In this document: positions 1 to 10,591 of the stretch, one piece after another | Numbering within the stretch: position 1 is the first letter of the stretch | Layout: every line of letters begins with the position of its first letter | NCBI GenBank assembly: GCA_963835575.1 | Contig: CAWIGG010000006.1 | Span: 224,001 to 288,000 of the forward strand | Direction of reading: 5' to 3' | DNA from: an uncultured Spirochaetota bacterium | GTDB lineage: Bacteria; Spirochaetota; Brevinematia; Brevinematales; JAOACQ01 | Length of the DNA stretch: 64,000 bases | The notes under the pieces: generated by a model | Seen by the model: the letters and a program-made list of their open reading frames with translations, nothing else | What the model was told of the DNA's origin: nothing | Databases searched by the model: none | Made by a program: the position numbers and the translations under genes

Positions 1-813
1 CTTGAAAAGCTCGATGGCGACAAGCGTTGTCCATCCTTCCACATTATGCTGCAATAAAAAATATTCACAGACATAAAAAAGACCTAAAGCAAAACCTATG
101 ATCGCGATTATAATCCCCATATAGGAAGCCAGGCGCAGAGGAAAAATTGAAAATCCGGTCGCCAGTTTCAGGAAAACGGAGAAAGACCGTATCATGTTAT
201 AGTTGCTTCTTCCTTTATAGCGTTTGTGATGCTCGACGGTGACTTCTCCTATACAGTCTGTTATGCCGAAAATGAGGCCGTCGATATAGGGATAAAGGCC
301 CCTGTATTTGATGATTTCATGGACCACGCCATGATGGATGATTTTAAAAGGCGACATATAAATGCCTTTCGGCTTGCCGATGACGATTTGCGCTATTTTA
401 CCGTTCAGCCAGCTGCATATGTTTTTCCAGAGGGCCTGATTTTTTCTTTTAAAAACAGCGTAGACAACGTCTGAATTGTTCTTTTTGATATGGTTATAAA
501 GTCTGGGAATGTCGTGGGGAGAATGCTGAAGGTCATCGTCCATGATGACGCTGTATTTCCCCGACGCGTTTCGGAGCCCGGCCATCAAAGCGTTATCCTG
601 GCCGCTGTTTTTACGCAGATTAATTCCTTTGATATGAGGATCTTTCCACACCAATTCGGTAATTTTGTCCCAGCTTTTATCACTGCTTTTATCGTTGACC
701 AGGATCAATTCGTAGCCGGCCAGGTTTTTCAGCGCGATATTTATCTGCCTGGCCAATTCCTCCAGGCAATCGCAGCTGTTATAAACAGGTACTACTACAC
801 TGATCTCTACCAT
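1..813 (-). CDS. Glycosyltransferase family 2 (ArnC/polyprenol-phosphate glycosyltransferase-like), 3' end runs off the window
   Basis: Manual translation from ATG at 813: MVEISVVVPVYN...VDDKSSDKSW...NSGQDNALMAG...IMDDDLQH, then C-terminal hydrophobic segments. Not in the ORF track because it is truncated by the window edge. Confidence 0.88.
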   Translation of the reverse strand, partial: MVEISVVVPVYNSCDCLEELARQINIALKNLAGYELILVNDKSSDKSWDKITELVWKDPHIKGINLRKNSGQDNALMAGLRNASGKYSVIMDDDLQHSPHDIPRLYNHIKKNNSDVVYAVFKRKNQALWKNICSWLNGKIAQIVIGKPKGIYMSPFKIIHHGVVHEIIKYRGLYPYIDGLIFGITDCIGEVTVEHHKRYKGRSNYNMIRSFSVFLKLATGFSIFPLRLASYMGIIIAIIGFALGLFYVCEYFLLQHNVEGWTTLVAIELFK

Positions 814-1412
814 ACGACCTCCAGGAGCATATCCCTCCCTTTTGAGATGATATGATATTTGAATTTAATGACGGATTTTATTTTTTCTACGGCTTTAATC
901 AGGCTGTCTTCATTGTACCTGAATTTTTCAGTTCCCCTGCCCGCATTTGTTAACAGGCCGGACAGCCATTGAAGAAGGCCTTTTTTATGGGTAAGATTTT
1001 TCACAGGCTCTGATAAAAGAAAGCGTTTTGAGCTTTTGCGGATTTTTTTAAACAGGTCCGGCAGGTTCCGGTTGAAGTGATAGAGTGATCCGGTCATAAT
1101 ACACACGTCGCATTGCGGGAATTTCTCTATTTTCTCGATATCCGCCAGATGAGCGTCATAGCCTTTTTTCCGGGAATATCCGACAAAACTTTCGTTTAAA
1201 TCATAGCCGGTCCAGGACCGGCCTGTTTTAGAGCAGAATTCCGCCACATAAATATCGCCGAAACAAAGCTCGACAATCCTCGAATCGCCTGGTTTGAAAA
1301 GCCGTGTTATTTGATTGAACCGTTTACGGTATTGGAAGGCGTAAAGCAGATTCATGGACAAACGGTAAATAAAAATGTCATGATAAATAATGCTTCTGTT
1401 TAATTTTTTCAT
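807..1412 (-). CDS. Class I SAM-dependent methyltransferase-like protein
   Basis: Motif I-like IVELCFGD, TGYDLN, and DVCIMTGSLYH. Stop overlaps the GT2 start. Start placed at ATG 1412. Confidence 0.65.
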   Translation of the reverse strand: MKKLNRSIIYHDIFIYRLSMNLLYAFQYRKRFNQITRLFKPGDSRIVELCFGDIYVAEFCSKTGRSWTGYDLNESFVGYSRKKGYDAHLADIEKIEKFPQCDVCIMTGSLYHFNRNLPDLFKKIRKSSKRFLLSEPVKNLTHKKGLLQWLSGLLTNAGRGTEKFRYNEDSLIKAVEKIKSVIKFKYHIISKGRDMLLEVVW

Positions 1413-1566
1413 GATCCCGTCTTTTTTATACAAAGGCAATAAGCTTTTTGGTATATTAAAACAAATTTATTAATTTGTCAATAGCGGAAATTCCTCTGAC
1501 TGAATGATAAAGTCATGAAAATGTTTGTTTTATTAACCTTGAAGCGATTGTATATCTAAAAAAATA

Positions 1567-3085
1567 GTAACTATCCAGCCACTAAAAAATAGTCACATGA
1601 AATATTTGCATTGAGCATGAACCATGCTATTCTATAGCATGAATGAAGATAGAAGAGAAAAAGACTGTGCGGCCTGCTTAAAACGATTTGAAGGCATCAT
1701 TGCTGATTTACAAAACCAGATAAAGGAGCAGGGTTTAATCATTCAAAGACAAGCGGAAAAGATTAAGAAATTGGAAGAACAGCTTAATAAGGACAGCCAT
1801 AACAGCAATAAACCGCCGTCTTCCGATAATCCATTCCAAAATACAGTAAAGAATTTACGGAAAAAGAGCGGTAAAAAACAAGGCGGCCAGTTTGGACATA
1901 AGGGAAATACTCTGAAGAAAGTAGAAAGCCCTGATAAGATCATAGAACATCAGGTTGAAAAATGTTCCTGTTGTGGAATTGATTTAAGTTCCGAATCAGT
2001 TAAGCGGACGGAAAGAAGGCAGGTGTTCGATATACCTCCGATAAAAGTGGAAGTTACCGAACATCGCTCGGAAGTAAAAGATTGTCCGCATTGCGGTGCG
2101 AGAGTAACGGCGGAGTTTCCGGAAGGCATAACCAATAAGGCACAGTATGGAAAAAACATTAAAGCGCATCTGGTCTATATGAAAACATATGGGTTGATAC
2201 CCTATGAAAGGCTTTCGGAATACGCCGAATGTTTATTGGGAGTGCCGCTCAGCAAGGCAACGATTGAAGGATTTATCCGGGAGACCTACAATAAATTAGA
2301 AGAGTATGAACAGAAAGTCATAGAACTGATACTAAAAGAAGTGGTTCTTCACTGTGATGAAACCGGTATTCGGATAAAAGGGTTATTAAAATGGCTCCAT
2401 GTTGCCTCGAATGAACGTTTTACCTATTATTTTTCTCATGACAAACGCGGCACAGAGGCGATGCGTGCGATGGACATTCTCACAAGATTTACCGGTATTA
2501 TTATCCACGATGGATGGAAAAGTTATCTGGAATTCTTATGCCGTCATGGATTGTGTAATGTACACCATTTGAGAGAGCTAATCTGGATACATGAGGAAAT
2601 GGGTCAGGAATGGGCTAAGGAGATGGGTAATCTTCTTATAAGGATTAAGAATGATAAAGAGGCAAGTTTTCCAATACCGGCGGAAAGGATTATAGAATAT
2701 GATACGGAATATGACCGGATCATCGCGAAAGGATTTGCTGTAAATCCAACGCCTGAAAAGCCGGAAGGACTTGTTAAACGCGGCAGAAAAAAGCGGGGCA
2801 AGGTTTTATGCCTATTAGACCGATTAAGAAAATATAAAGAATCTGTCCTTTTATTTATGCGGGAAAAAGATGTTCCATTCAGCAACAATTTGGCGGAACG
2901 GGATATCAGAATGATAAAAGTCCAGCAGAAAATATCAGGTACATTCAGAAGCTGGAATGGAGCGGCTGCCTTTTGCAGAATCAGGGGTTATATATCTACA
3001 GTAAAAAAGATGGGCGTCAGTGTTTATCAAGCCCTTATTGACGCGTTGAACGGCTCCGCTATTAAATATGCGGCTGGATAGTTAC
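1567..3085 (+). mobile_element. IS66-family insertion sequence, single-ORF (ISBst12-like) type
   Basis: Perfect 14-bp terminal IRs GTAACTATCCAGCC (1567-1580) / GGCTGGATAGTTAC (3072-3085). 8-bp target duplication AAAAAATA at 1559-1566 and 3086-3093. Confidence 0.95.
1624..3081 (+). CDS. IS66-family transposase
   Basis: Coiled coil, NSNKPPSSD, GGQFGHKG, CSCCG/CPHCG zinc finger, HCDETG, IHDGW, CNVHHLREL, SNNLAERDIR. Confidence 0.95.
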   Translation: MLFYSMNEDRREKDCAACLKRFEGIIADLQNQIKEQGLIIQRQAEKIKKLEEQLNKDSHNSNKPPSSDNPFQNTVKNLRKKSGKKQGGQFGHKGNTLKKVESPDKIIEHQVEKCSCCGIDLSSESVKRTERRQVFDIPPIKVEVTEHRSEVKDCPHCGARVTAEFPEGITNKAQYGKNIKAHLVYMKTYGLIPYERLSEYAECLLGVPLSKATIEGFIRETYNKLEEYEQKVIELILKEVVLHCDETGIRIKGLLKWLHVASNERFTYYFSHDKRGTEAMRAMDILTRFTGIIIHDGWKSYLEFLCRHGLCNVHHLRELIWIHEEMGQEWAKEMGNLLIRIKNDKEASFPIPAERIIEYDTEYDRIIAKGFAVNPTPEKPEGLVKRGRKKRGKVLCLLDRLRKYKESVLLFMREKDVPFSNNLAERDIRMIKVQQKISGTFRSWNGAAAFCRIRGYISTVKKMGVSVYQALIDALNGSAIKYAAG

Positions 3086-3339
3086 AAAAAATAATTTATT
3101 ACAATTTATGGTTTTGATACAAAAGTCCCCGGGTTATCCGACCAAAAGTAGGATTTATTTAATTCTCACACAATCCAGTCCGGCAGAACTATTATTTATA
3201 AATAATGTTTACTTTTTTTATTTTATTTATACAATATTCAATATCACAAAATAAAAAAATCCATTTTTCTGTAGATATCCTTAATAATAAAGAGTTTGAG
3301 TATTTAAGAATCTGAGAATATTTTAATTAAGGGGCTTTT

Positions 3340-5724
3340 TTGAAAAATAATCATAGGCCTCAAGTTTTGAGGAAAAATACTCCGGCTCATTCCCGAAAGC
3401 AAGAAAACAGACGGCTGACAATAGGTTTATTGACAGACTGGCTTGATGAGCTCTATCAGCAGGGAATACTTGAAGGCATCATAGCGAAAGCTGAGGAAAA
3501 TGACTTTAATCTTATTGTTTATAACGGAGGCGCCCTTCAGTCTCCGAGAAAATTCGAATCGAACCGGAATTTTATTTATGACCTGATCAGCAAGGAAAAT
3601 ATCGACGGCCTTGTCATTATCGCGGGCGCCATCGGCACTTATGTCAGTGAGCAGAAGATCAGCGCTTTCTGCAGTCAATTTCTGCCTCTTCCTGTTGTCA
3701 GCATCGCTTATAATATCGAAAAATGTCATTCGCTGTTTATTAATAATAAAGAAGGAATGAAAAAGCTCCTGCTTCATTTTATCAAGGAACATGGCAGAAA
3801 AAGGATCGCTTATATCAGCGGTGTGGAAAATAATCCCGACGCGAAGGAGAGGTATGACGTTTATATTCAAACGCTCCGGGAGAATAATATTGAAGTGGAC
3901 CCGGCTTTGATCTATATGGGCGATTATCTGGCCAAATCCGGTACGCAGGCCGTAAAAGCTTTACTGGATGAAAGACATGTGAAGTTTGACGCGATTGTCG
4001 CCGCCAATGATAATATGGCGCTTGCCGCGATGCAGGAACTTCAGGAAAGAGGCTTCCAGATACCATCGGAAATCTCCGTCGGAGGTTTCGATGATATAGT
4101 ACTCAGCAGGCATTCGGCCCCGCCTCTGACGACAGTCAACCAGTCCTTGTTTGATCAGGGGGCCATGGCCGTCGAAACATTATCGGATATGATTTCCGGG
4201 GAAAATGTTGAGAAAAAAATCATAATTCCCACCCAGTTAGTCATACGGCAGTCCTGCGGCTGCTTTTCTCAGGAGGTCAATAACGCCGGATCGGAAGAAA
4301 TAAAATCCGAAAGCAATAATAATATTATTAGCCAAAAAGAAAATATAAAAAAGAACATTTTAAACCATAAAAATATTTTGAAAAACGACAGGACAACACT
4401 TGATAATATAGATAAAATATTAAACGGCTTTTATGATTTTCTGGAAGGAAGGATAAAAGATAATACTTTTCTCACTCAATGGGACCAATATATTCTCAAA
4501 ATAAAATGGCTCGGCAACCCGGTCAATGCGGCCCAGAATTTCCTTTCCGAAATGAGAAGAAGCCTTATGCCGCACCTTTTAAGATCGGTTAAAATTCTGC
4601 ACCGGGCCGAGGATGTTTTACACAAGATGCGGGTTTTGATCGCGGAAAAATCCAATATTGAAGAAAAAGAAGACCTGTATACATCTACGGAACAATTTAA
4701 TATCCTTAACGCGTTAAATGAAGAGTTTATAGATCTCTCTTCAGAAAGCGAAATAGTAAAGGCCATTATTGACATGATAAGGATGCTGGATATACCGTCA
4801 TGCTATTTATCCAAATTTGACGTAGACAGGAATAAATCGAAATTAATGGCTGCTTATGACAATAATAAAAAAGTTGATTTTACAAAATACCAGCATTTTT
4901 TCCAGACAAATCAATTAGTGCCGGCCGGCCTATTATCGAGAAACAAACGCTATTCAATCATAATCGAGGCAATCTGTCACTATGAACAGATCGGTTTTAT
5001 TCTACTGGAAATAGGACCGAAAAACGGTAAGCTTTATAGCGATATCCGGCGCATCATCAGCAGTAAAATCCAGGGTTCCATTATGTATAATCAGTTAAAA
5101 AAACAGGCGGACCATTTAAAACTACAGGCCCACCACATCAGCGAATTAAGGAAAATCATGGGGGGGATGATACAGACCCTTTCATTGACCGTCGAAGCGC
5201 GGGACCCTTATACCGCGGGGCATCAGCGCCGTGTTTCGGACCTCGCCCGTTCCATAGCGACGGAAATGGGCCTGTCAAGAGATAAAATCGAGGGGATAAG
5301 GCTTGCCTCGATTGTCCATGACCTGGGCAAGATTTATGTGCCTCCCGAAATCCTTAATAAACCGGGCCGTCTGATCAAGCAGGAATTTGAGCTGATCAAG
5401 GTCCATTCTCAGGTGGCTTATGATATTTTAAAAACCGTTGATTTTCCATGGCCGATCGCGGAAATTGTCTATGAGCACCACGAAAGGATTAACGGCAGCG
5501 GTTATCCGCGGGCGCTCAAAGGCAGCCAGATGATGCTGGAAGCCATGATCATCAGTGTGGCGGACGTCGTGGAGGCGATGGCTTCCTACCGGCCATACCG
5601 CCCGCCGATCGGCATCAATGAAGCCCTGGACGAAATCAGGAAAAACAAAGGCATTCTTTATGATCCGGATGTTGTAGATGCGTGTTTGTCCCTTTTTGAA
5701 AAAAAAGGATTTCACTTTAAATAG
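3340..5724 (+). CDS. LacI-type sugar-binding domain fused to an HD-GYP phosphodiesterase
   Basis: N-terminal periplasmic-binding fold (AANDNMA, GGFDD, PPLTTV, RQSCGC) without HTH. C-terminal RDPYTAGH, HDLGK, HHERINGSGYP, RPYR. Confidence 0.9.
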   Translation: MKNNHRPQVLRKNTPAHSRKQENRRLTIGLLTDWLDELYQQGILEGIIAKAEENDFNLIVYNGGALQSPRKFESNRNFIYDLISKENIDGLVIIAGAIGTYVSEQKISAFCSQFLPLPVVSIAYNIEKCHSLFINNKEGMKKLLLHFIKEHGRKRIAYISGVENNPDAKERYDVYIQTLRENNIEVDPALIYMGDYLAKSGTQAVKALLDERHVKFDAIVAANDNMALAAMQELQERGFQIPSEISVGGFDDIVLSRHSAPPLTTVNQSLFDQGAMAVETLSDMISGENVEKKIIIPTQLVIRQSCGCFSQEVNNAGSEEIKSESNNNIISQKENIKKNILNHKNILKNDRTTLDNIDKILNGFYDFLEGRIKDNTFLTQWDQYILKIKWLGNPVNAAQNFLSEMRRSLMPHLLRSVKILHRAEDVLHKMRVLIAEKSNIEEKEDLYTSTEQFNILNALNEEFIDLSSESEIVKAIIDMIRMLDIPSCYLSKFDVDRNKSKLMAAYDNNKKVDFTKYQHFFQTNQLVPAGLLSRNKRYSIIIEAICHYEQIGFILLEIGPKNGKLYSDIRRIISSKIQGSIMYNQLKKQADHLKLQAHHISELRKIMGGMIQTLSLTVEARDPYTAGHQRRVSDLARSIATEMGLSRDKIEGIRLASIVHDLGKIYVPPEILNKPGRLIKQEFELIKVHSQVAYDILKTVDFPWPIAEIVYEHHERINGSGYPRALKGSQMMLEAMIISVADVVEAMASYRPYRPPIGINEALDEIRKNKGILYDPDVVDACLSLFEKKGFHFK

Positions 5725-5756
5725 ATCTTATAATTTTATTGGAATATACGATTAAT

Positions 5757-7856
5757 TTATATCGGTCCGTTTAAAACCGTTTTTATTAAACGGATTCCCT
5801 CTTTTTCAAAAGACCCGCAATATGTCCCGTTCACTTTCATGCCGGCGCAATCGCCGGGGACTTTTATATACACCGTGCTCTTCCGCATGGGATTAGCCGC
5901 TCCCTTTAAGGAAATATTATCGCCGTCGATTTTAAAACCGGTTATATCACAGAAGGGAAAGACATGCCCTGTGCTTCCGGCCGGTTCAAAATCATGCCCG
6001 CCGATTTTTAATAAGCACAATGATTGAAAGGGCTTTATTGAAATGCTTTTTCCGCCAGTCATAAAATCATCCGCCCTGCCGTTGTGATAAATCCCATTCT
6101 CCAGTTTGACGCTGACGGTTTTATTCCCAAGGTTTGAAAAGGCCAGATAATTTCTTCCTTCTATCTCGAACCCGATCTGATAGACATTGCAGTAAGGTTT
6201 CGCGCCGATTATCAACTGATAGAGAAAAGGTTTCAAACGCCATTTATAGATATTATCAATTGTTTTTATTTCAGTGATATTTTTTTCCTTCAGCGGGAAA
6301 AGCGAGAGATAAATCCGTATTTCATCCTCTGAATATTCATTGATATTATCTGAGGTAAAAATAAGCCCTCCGAAAATCAGGTTGATGAGAAAGAGCGTCT
6401 GTCTCTGGTCCGCGGTCATTGTGTTTTTGTCCTTCCGGAGTATAAAAACATCGGGGTCGTTCTGAAAAGCATAGCCGGAAAGGTGCCGCCTCCCTATCGT
6501 ATTGACCAGCGCGTTTATCGTGGAAACCCTCTCGCGGTAGCGGATAACTGCGCCGTTTTTAAATTCCCACTCCAGTCCGGCATCGGCCCCGATCCGGCAG
6601 TAATCAAAAATCCCGAATGCCGGTCCGAGCGGCACGCCGCAGCCTAAAATAAGCCTGCCGCCGGCCAGTTCCCTTAAAAACCCGGCGGCTTCGGACATTA
6701 TCTGTCCGCGGGTTTTATTCTCTCCGGGTTTGACGCAGGCGGCATAGAGAAAATCGAGCTTGACCATATCAAAGCCCCAGTCATCCAGTACGGTTTTAAA
6801 AACGTCTCTTAAATATTCCCTGACTTCCGGGTTGTAAAAATCAAGGGCGTAAAACCGGCTTTTCCAGCTGTCGTTATAGCCGATGATTACCGGGCTGCCT
6901 TTATCGTCTTTTATGGTCCAGTCTTTATTATGAAGATAAATATCAGAATCCTCCGTGCAGATAAAAGGGGCCAGCCAGATACCCGCCTGATAACCGGCCT
7001 TTTTGATCTCGCCGGCGAGATATTTCATACCGCCCGGGAATTTCTGATTAACAGTCAGCCAGTCGCCGCCGGCTTTCTGATAGCCGTCGTCAATTTGAAA
7101 AATATCTATCGGTATATTTCTGTCCTTGAAAGCCCTGATATTTTCCAGGATGATTTCCTCTGTGATATTTGTATAATAATAATACCAGCTGGTCCAGCCT
7201 GTCCGTTGTATTACCCCGGCTTTTTTTATATTCATAGCTTTAAAGTAATTCTCAAAAACTTTTTCTTCCGGGCCGCGGCTGATCAGAAGATCAAAGGCCT
7301 GGTAATCCTCTTTGATTTTCAGGCCCGCGCAGTCTTTTTTAATAAGGATTTTATTCGCCGGGGTATTGTATTGAAAAACTGTGAAGCCGCTTTTTTCCGA
7401 CAGAGAGCCGTAAAAGGACAGCGTATTATCATCCGCGTTTCTAATATATGTATAAGTGCAGCCGTGAAAGTTCCCTTTTTTTCCGCTGTATTTCTGGAAA
7501 TAATAGTCGCCGAAATACTCCAGATGGAAATGCCGGTACAGCGGCCTCAAAAGTTTATTAAGCCCCGGCATTTTTTCGTTGATATTATATTCACGGCTTT
7601 CCGTCCAGCTCTGATAGCCGTTTAAAAACACTTTGTCCGTTTTATTAAATATGAGCTCTTCTTCAATGAATAATTCTTCCAGAGTGATTTCAGATTCCGG
7701 CTGAAGGAAGATGGAAATTTGTTTCCCATACGGAAGTATTTTCTCCTGCTGTATAATTCTTAAGCCTCTTCCTGCCGTTTCGGATGATAATGGAAAGGCC
7801 AGCGACAGTTTTTCTCCGCTAAAATGATAAATAACTTTTCCCATTCTTGAAGACAT
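5757..7856 (-). CDS. Alpha-galactosidase-like glycoside hydrolase (GH36)
   Basis: GWTSWY, FQIDDGYQ, GIWLAPF, VKLDFLY, RIGAD, NDPDVF motifs. Confidence 0.88.
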   Translation of the reverse strand: MSSRMGKVIYHFSGEKLSLAFPLSSETAGRGLRIIQQEKILPYGKQISIFLQPESEITLEELFIEEELIFNKTDKVFLNGYQSWTESREYNINEKMPGLNKLLRPLYRHFHLEYFGDYYFQKYSGKKGNFHGCTYTYIRNADDNTLSFYGSLSEKSGFTVFQYNTPANKILIKKDCAGLKIKEDYQAFDLLISRGPEEKVFENYFKAMNIKKAGVIQRTGWTSWYYYYTNITEEIILENIRAFKDRNIPIDIFQIDDGYQKAGGDWLTVNQKFPGGMKYLAGEIKKAGYQAGIWLAPFICTEDSDIYLHNKDWTIKDDKGSPVIIGYNDSWKSRFYALDFYNPEVREYLRDVFKTVLDDWGFDMVKLDFLYAACVKPGENKTRGQIMSEAAGFLRELAGGRLILGCGVPLGPAFGIFDYCRIGADAGLEWEFKNGAVIRYRERVSTINALVNTIGRRHLSGYAFQNDPDVFILRKDKNTMTADQRQTLFLINLIFGGLIFTSDNINEYSEDEIRIYLSLFPLKEKNITEIKTIDNIYKWRLKPFLYQLIIGAKPYCNVYQIGFEIEGRNYLAFSNLGNKTVSVKLENGIYHNGRADDFMTGGKSISIKPFQSLCLLKIGGHDFEPAGSTGHVFPFCDITGFKIDGDNISLKGAANPMRKSTVYIKVPGDCAGMKVNGTYCGSFEKEGIRLIKTVLNGPI

Positions 7857-7994
7857 GAAAAACCTCTTTATGGATATTTTAGTCGATGCCGGTGAATATC
7901 GCAAAAACATGAATTGATTTTAATGAAAATCATTCTGCAATTAGTAAAGGGCGGTTCCTAAAACCGTCCTAAAATAATAAAGAGAAAGCGGCTT

Positions 7995-8321
7995 ATGACG
8001 GCGGCAGCACTGGAATTTTATATGTCCGGCGGACATGTGATGGTCGTATACAACCTGAAAACTATGAGCCTTGAGGAAATGTGCATGCTTGACGGCGCCA
8101 GAAAATTACTTCAAATCTGCGATGCGGTCCGCCGGGAGTTCCCTAAAGAAAATACCTGTGATAATTATTCGTGCGCCAGGCGCAGGAATAAAGAGACGGA
8201 TTGCGGGTATACCGGAATAGTGGGGGATTTTGTAAAAAAGCACCTGCGCAAATATGATAAAACCCTGGATGTTGTCGTGAGCGCCGGCACGGATTATGTG
8301 AAATTCAACCTGGAAGAATAA
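7995..8321 (+). CDS. Hypothetical protein (Cys-containing)
   Basis: 108-aa ORF filling the intergenic space; no family recognised. Confidence 0.55.
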   Translation: MTAAALEFYMSGGHVMVVYNLKTMSLEEMCMLDGARKLLQICDAVRREFPKENTCDNYSCARRRNKETDCGYTGIVGDFVKKHLRKYDKTLDVVVSAGTDYVKFNLEE

Positions 8322-8365
8322 GAATCACAAGCCGGCTATTTAATGAATTAGGAACAACGAAACGA

Positions 8366-8574
8366 AACCACAGATTTCACAGACACTGCAATGTGATTGG
8401 CAGACTCACTTCAAGTTGGTGAAATCATATTATAATTCTGAATAATGGAAGAAGGAACAAAGAGCGATGCGCTAATATATGAAGTAATTAGTGCGGCTAT
8501 TAAAGTCATAATAAATCCATAAATCTGTGTAATCAGTGAAATGGTTCGACAAGCTCACCACGGCGTCTGTGGTT
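8366..8574. repeat. 9-nt-period inverted-repeat element enclosing a GxxExxY-like gene remnant
   Basis: Left arm AACCACAGATTTCACAGA; right arm ATCTGTGTAATCAGTG...TCTGTGGTT. Confidence 0.7.
8445..8522 (+). pseudogene. Internally deleted GxxExxY-family-like remnant
   Basis: Translates as MEEGTKSDALIYEVISAAIKVIINP*, resembling the typical GxxExxY N-terminus (D/E-x-L-T-Y-x-I-I-G-A-A-I-E-V-H). Recognised by eye. Confidence 0.5.
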
Positions 8575-8601
8575 CCAACTTCTCAGATAGTAATTTTTAT
8601 T

Positions 8602-9300
8602 TCACTCGCCGCCCTTCATGCTTGAGAAATCCTGAACGCATTTGAAATAATCCATGCCGTGAAAATCCGTATTTTTATAATGCGCGGCCCCGGTGCCGAG
8701 ATACAGGTATCCGGGATTGAGAATATTTGCCCTGTGGCCGGGAGAATTCATCCATTGTTTAACAACCGCCAGGGCGAAACCCAGATATGTGTGGTTCTCG
8801 ATCGGTTTGCCCTTGTAAGAATAGCTGAAATAGCCGCCGTTCACATCGGGGGTATAAACAGGACTGCCCGGTTCATATTCGATCCCGAAGGTTTCCGCGA
8901 TGTTCTCGCCCATGTACGCGTTCCTGATGCCGGCAAGAGAGAGCCGCTTCTGCATGGTCTCCTTTCCACTGACCGGGCTTTCGTGCGAGAAAAAGCCGCG
9001 GGCTGCCATATCGTCGCTGTGGCCTTTGGCCGCCTTTTCCAGCGCCGGCGAATGCAGGAAGACGGGGAGATTGTGCTTTTCCCTTTCCAGGTTTGAGGCA
9101 TAAAAGATCGCGGCGTGGAGCAGGGGATAATCAATATTGTCCATGTCTATCCGTTCGTTCGCTTCCGGCAGACCGGCAAATGATGATGAATCGTAATTAT
9201 CGTAATCGCCGGATGTCCAGGCTGAAGCTGTGCCGGCCTGAAATATTAAACAGCCTGCCAATGAACAAAAAACAATTATTTTTATGAACATTTTAGACAT
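8602..9300 (-). CDS. Secreted CAP/SCP-domain protein
   Basis: Signal peptide, AAKGHSDDM, FFSH, GENIA, WMNSPGHRANIL. Confidence 0.9.
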   Translation of the reverse strand: MSKMFIKIIVFCSLAGCLIFQAGTASAWTSGDYDNYDSSSFAGLPEANERIDMDNIDYPLLHAAIFYASNLEREKHNLPVFLHSPALEKAAKGHSDDMAARGFFSHESPVSGKETMQKRLSLAGIRNAYMGENIAETFGIEYEPGSPVYTPDVNGGYFSYSYKGKPIENHTYLGFALAVVKQWMNSPGHRANILNPGYLYLGTGAAHYKNTDFHGMDYFKCVQDFSSMKGGE

Positions 9301-9404
9301 AATTCCTCAATACCTCATTTAGTAGAAATTTTATCATCAAATTTTAAAATTTTCATTCCTAAGAATATTCAAGGGATTAAACGGAACTTAAAAAGCCGTA
9401 AATA

Positions 9405-9590
9405 AACACAAGGCACGAAGAGCACTAATTAAATGGGTTTGCTTTCCCGCGAATCACGCGAATTAACGCTAATGTGTCATATGTTTTTTCCCGGAGAATT
9501 ACACCGAATATTATTCGCGTCTATTAGCGTCATTAGCGGGCTTTTATTTTCTATTCCCTTTGCGTCCATTCGTGAATTAGCGGATTACCC
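9405..9590. repeat. Empty 9-nt-period nested inverted-repeat element
   Basis: CCCGCGAATCACGCGAATTAACGCTAAT pairs with ATTCGCGTCTATTAGCGTCATTAGCGGG; a second right arm ends TTAGCGGATTACCC. Confidence 0.8.
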
Positions 9591-9615
9591 TGTCTGATGA
9601 TATGTGATGATTTTT

Positions 9616-10454
9616 TTATTCCACTTTAATGGAATAATCCCGGATTTCGGCATTTCCTGTGCTGGAAACGACCTCATTTCCCAGCTCCAGACATGCGACA
9701 TATTCGTCTTTCGACATGATGCCTTTTTCAAGCAGGTAATCGATAAATGGAGAAATGTCGAGAGGTCCGTTCAGAACCGGTTTGCCGGCCTTAAATGTCG
9801 TTATCGACCAGACATTGCTGTTCGCGCCTGAATCGTCGCCATCGTTTTCATGGTATAAATTGTGTATGTGACGCCCTGGACGGAACATATCCCGATGGGA
9901 TTCCCCGCGGGCTGCAATCCTGATGTGCTGATCCAGATCATCACTTCATTTTTGATTTTATCCTTGACGGGAGGAATGCCCTTGACGGTCCAGAATTCGA
10001 AGGCCATATCATAGGTCCCTGAAGCCGTCAGGGCCGCGCTGTAATTGACCGTCAGCTTTTTTGTCCCGGCCTGGAAGGGAAAGCCTGTGTCGGCGGCTGT
10101 CGGCGTACTCCATGGGCTCGATCCGTACTGGACTTCCGGGTATGCCACCACTCCCCTGCCGTAATTGCACTGCCAGGACCATCCGAAAATTGATTTTCCG
10201 GAAACGTCATTTAAAAATATTTTCTGGCGGTATTTCCCGGTTGCCGCACCCTTGTTCCAGACATTGTTGATCAGCATATATTTCCGGTCAATCAGCTTAG
10301 CTGCCCAGTCCTCCTCGGATTCGAATACCGTTTTTCCTTCGATCCCTTCGAGGCTGAAATTGGGCCTGACGCTTTCCTGAGAGCATGACAAGAGAACAAA
10401 AAAGGCCGCGAGACAAGAGAGCACAATTGATAACAGTCTATTATGCTGTTTCAT
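9616..10454 (-). pseudogene. GH12-like endoglucanase lipoprotein split by a frameshift near 9850
   Basis: 5' ORF has lipobox LLSC, INNVWN, YPEVQYG, YDMAFEFW, EVMIW. The C-terminus (HENDGDDSGANSNVW...LELGNEV) continues in another frame. Confidence 0.75.
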
Positions 10455-10591
10455 AATATTTCTCCAGATTATAAATTTTATGATTGATGGTAATACCTGC
10501 AATCACTCGGGAAAGATTATAATTTGAATAGAAAAAAAGTACAATAAGCCGCCTGCTTTTATTAGAGTATGTATATTTTTATACTTTGAAT

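Noticed and set aside
226..855. Two plus-strand ORFs at the window start
   Set aside because: Shadows of the minus-strand GT2 gene.
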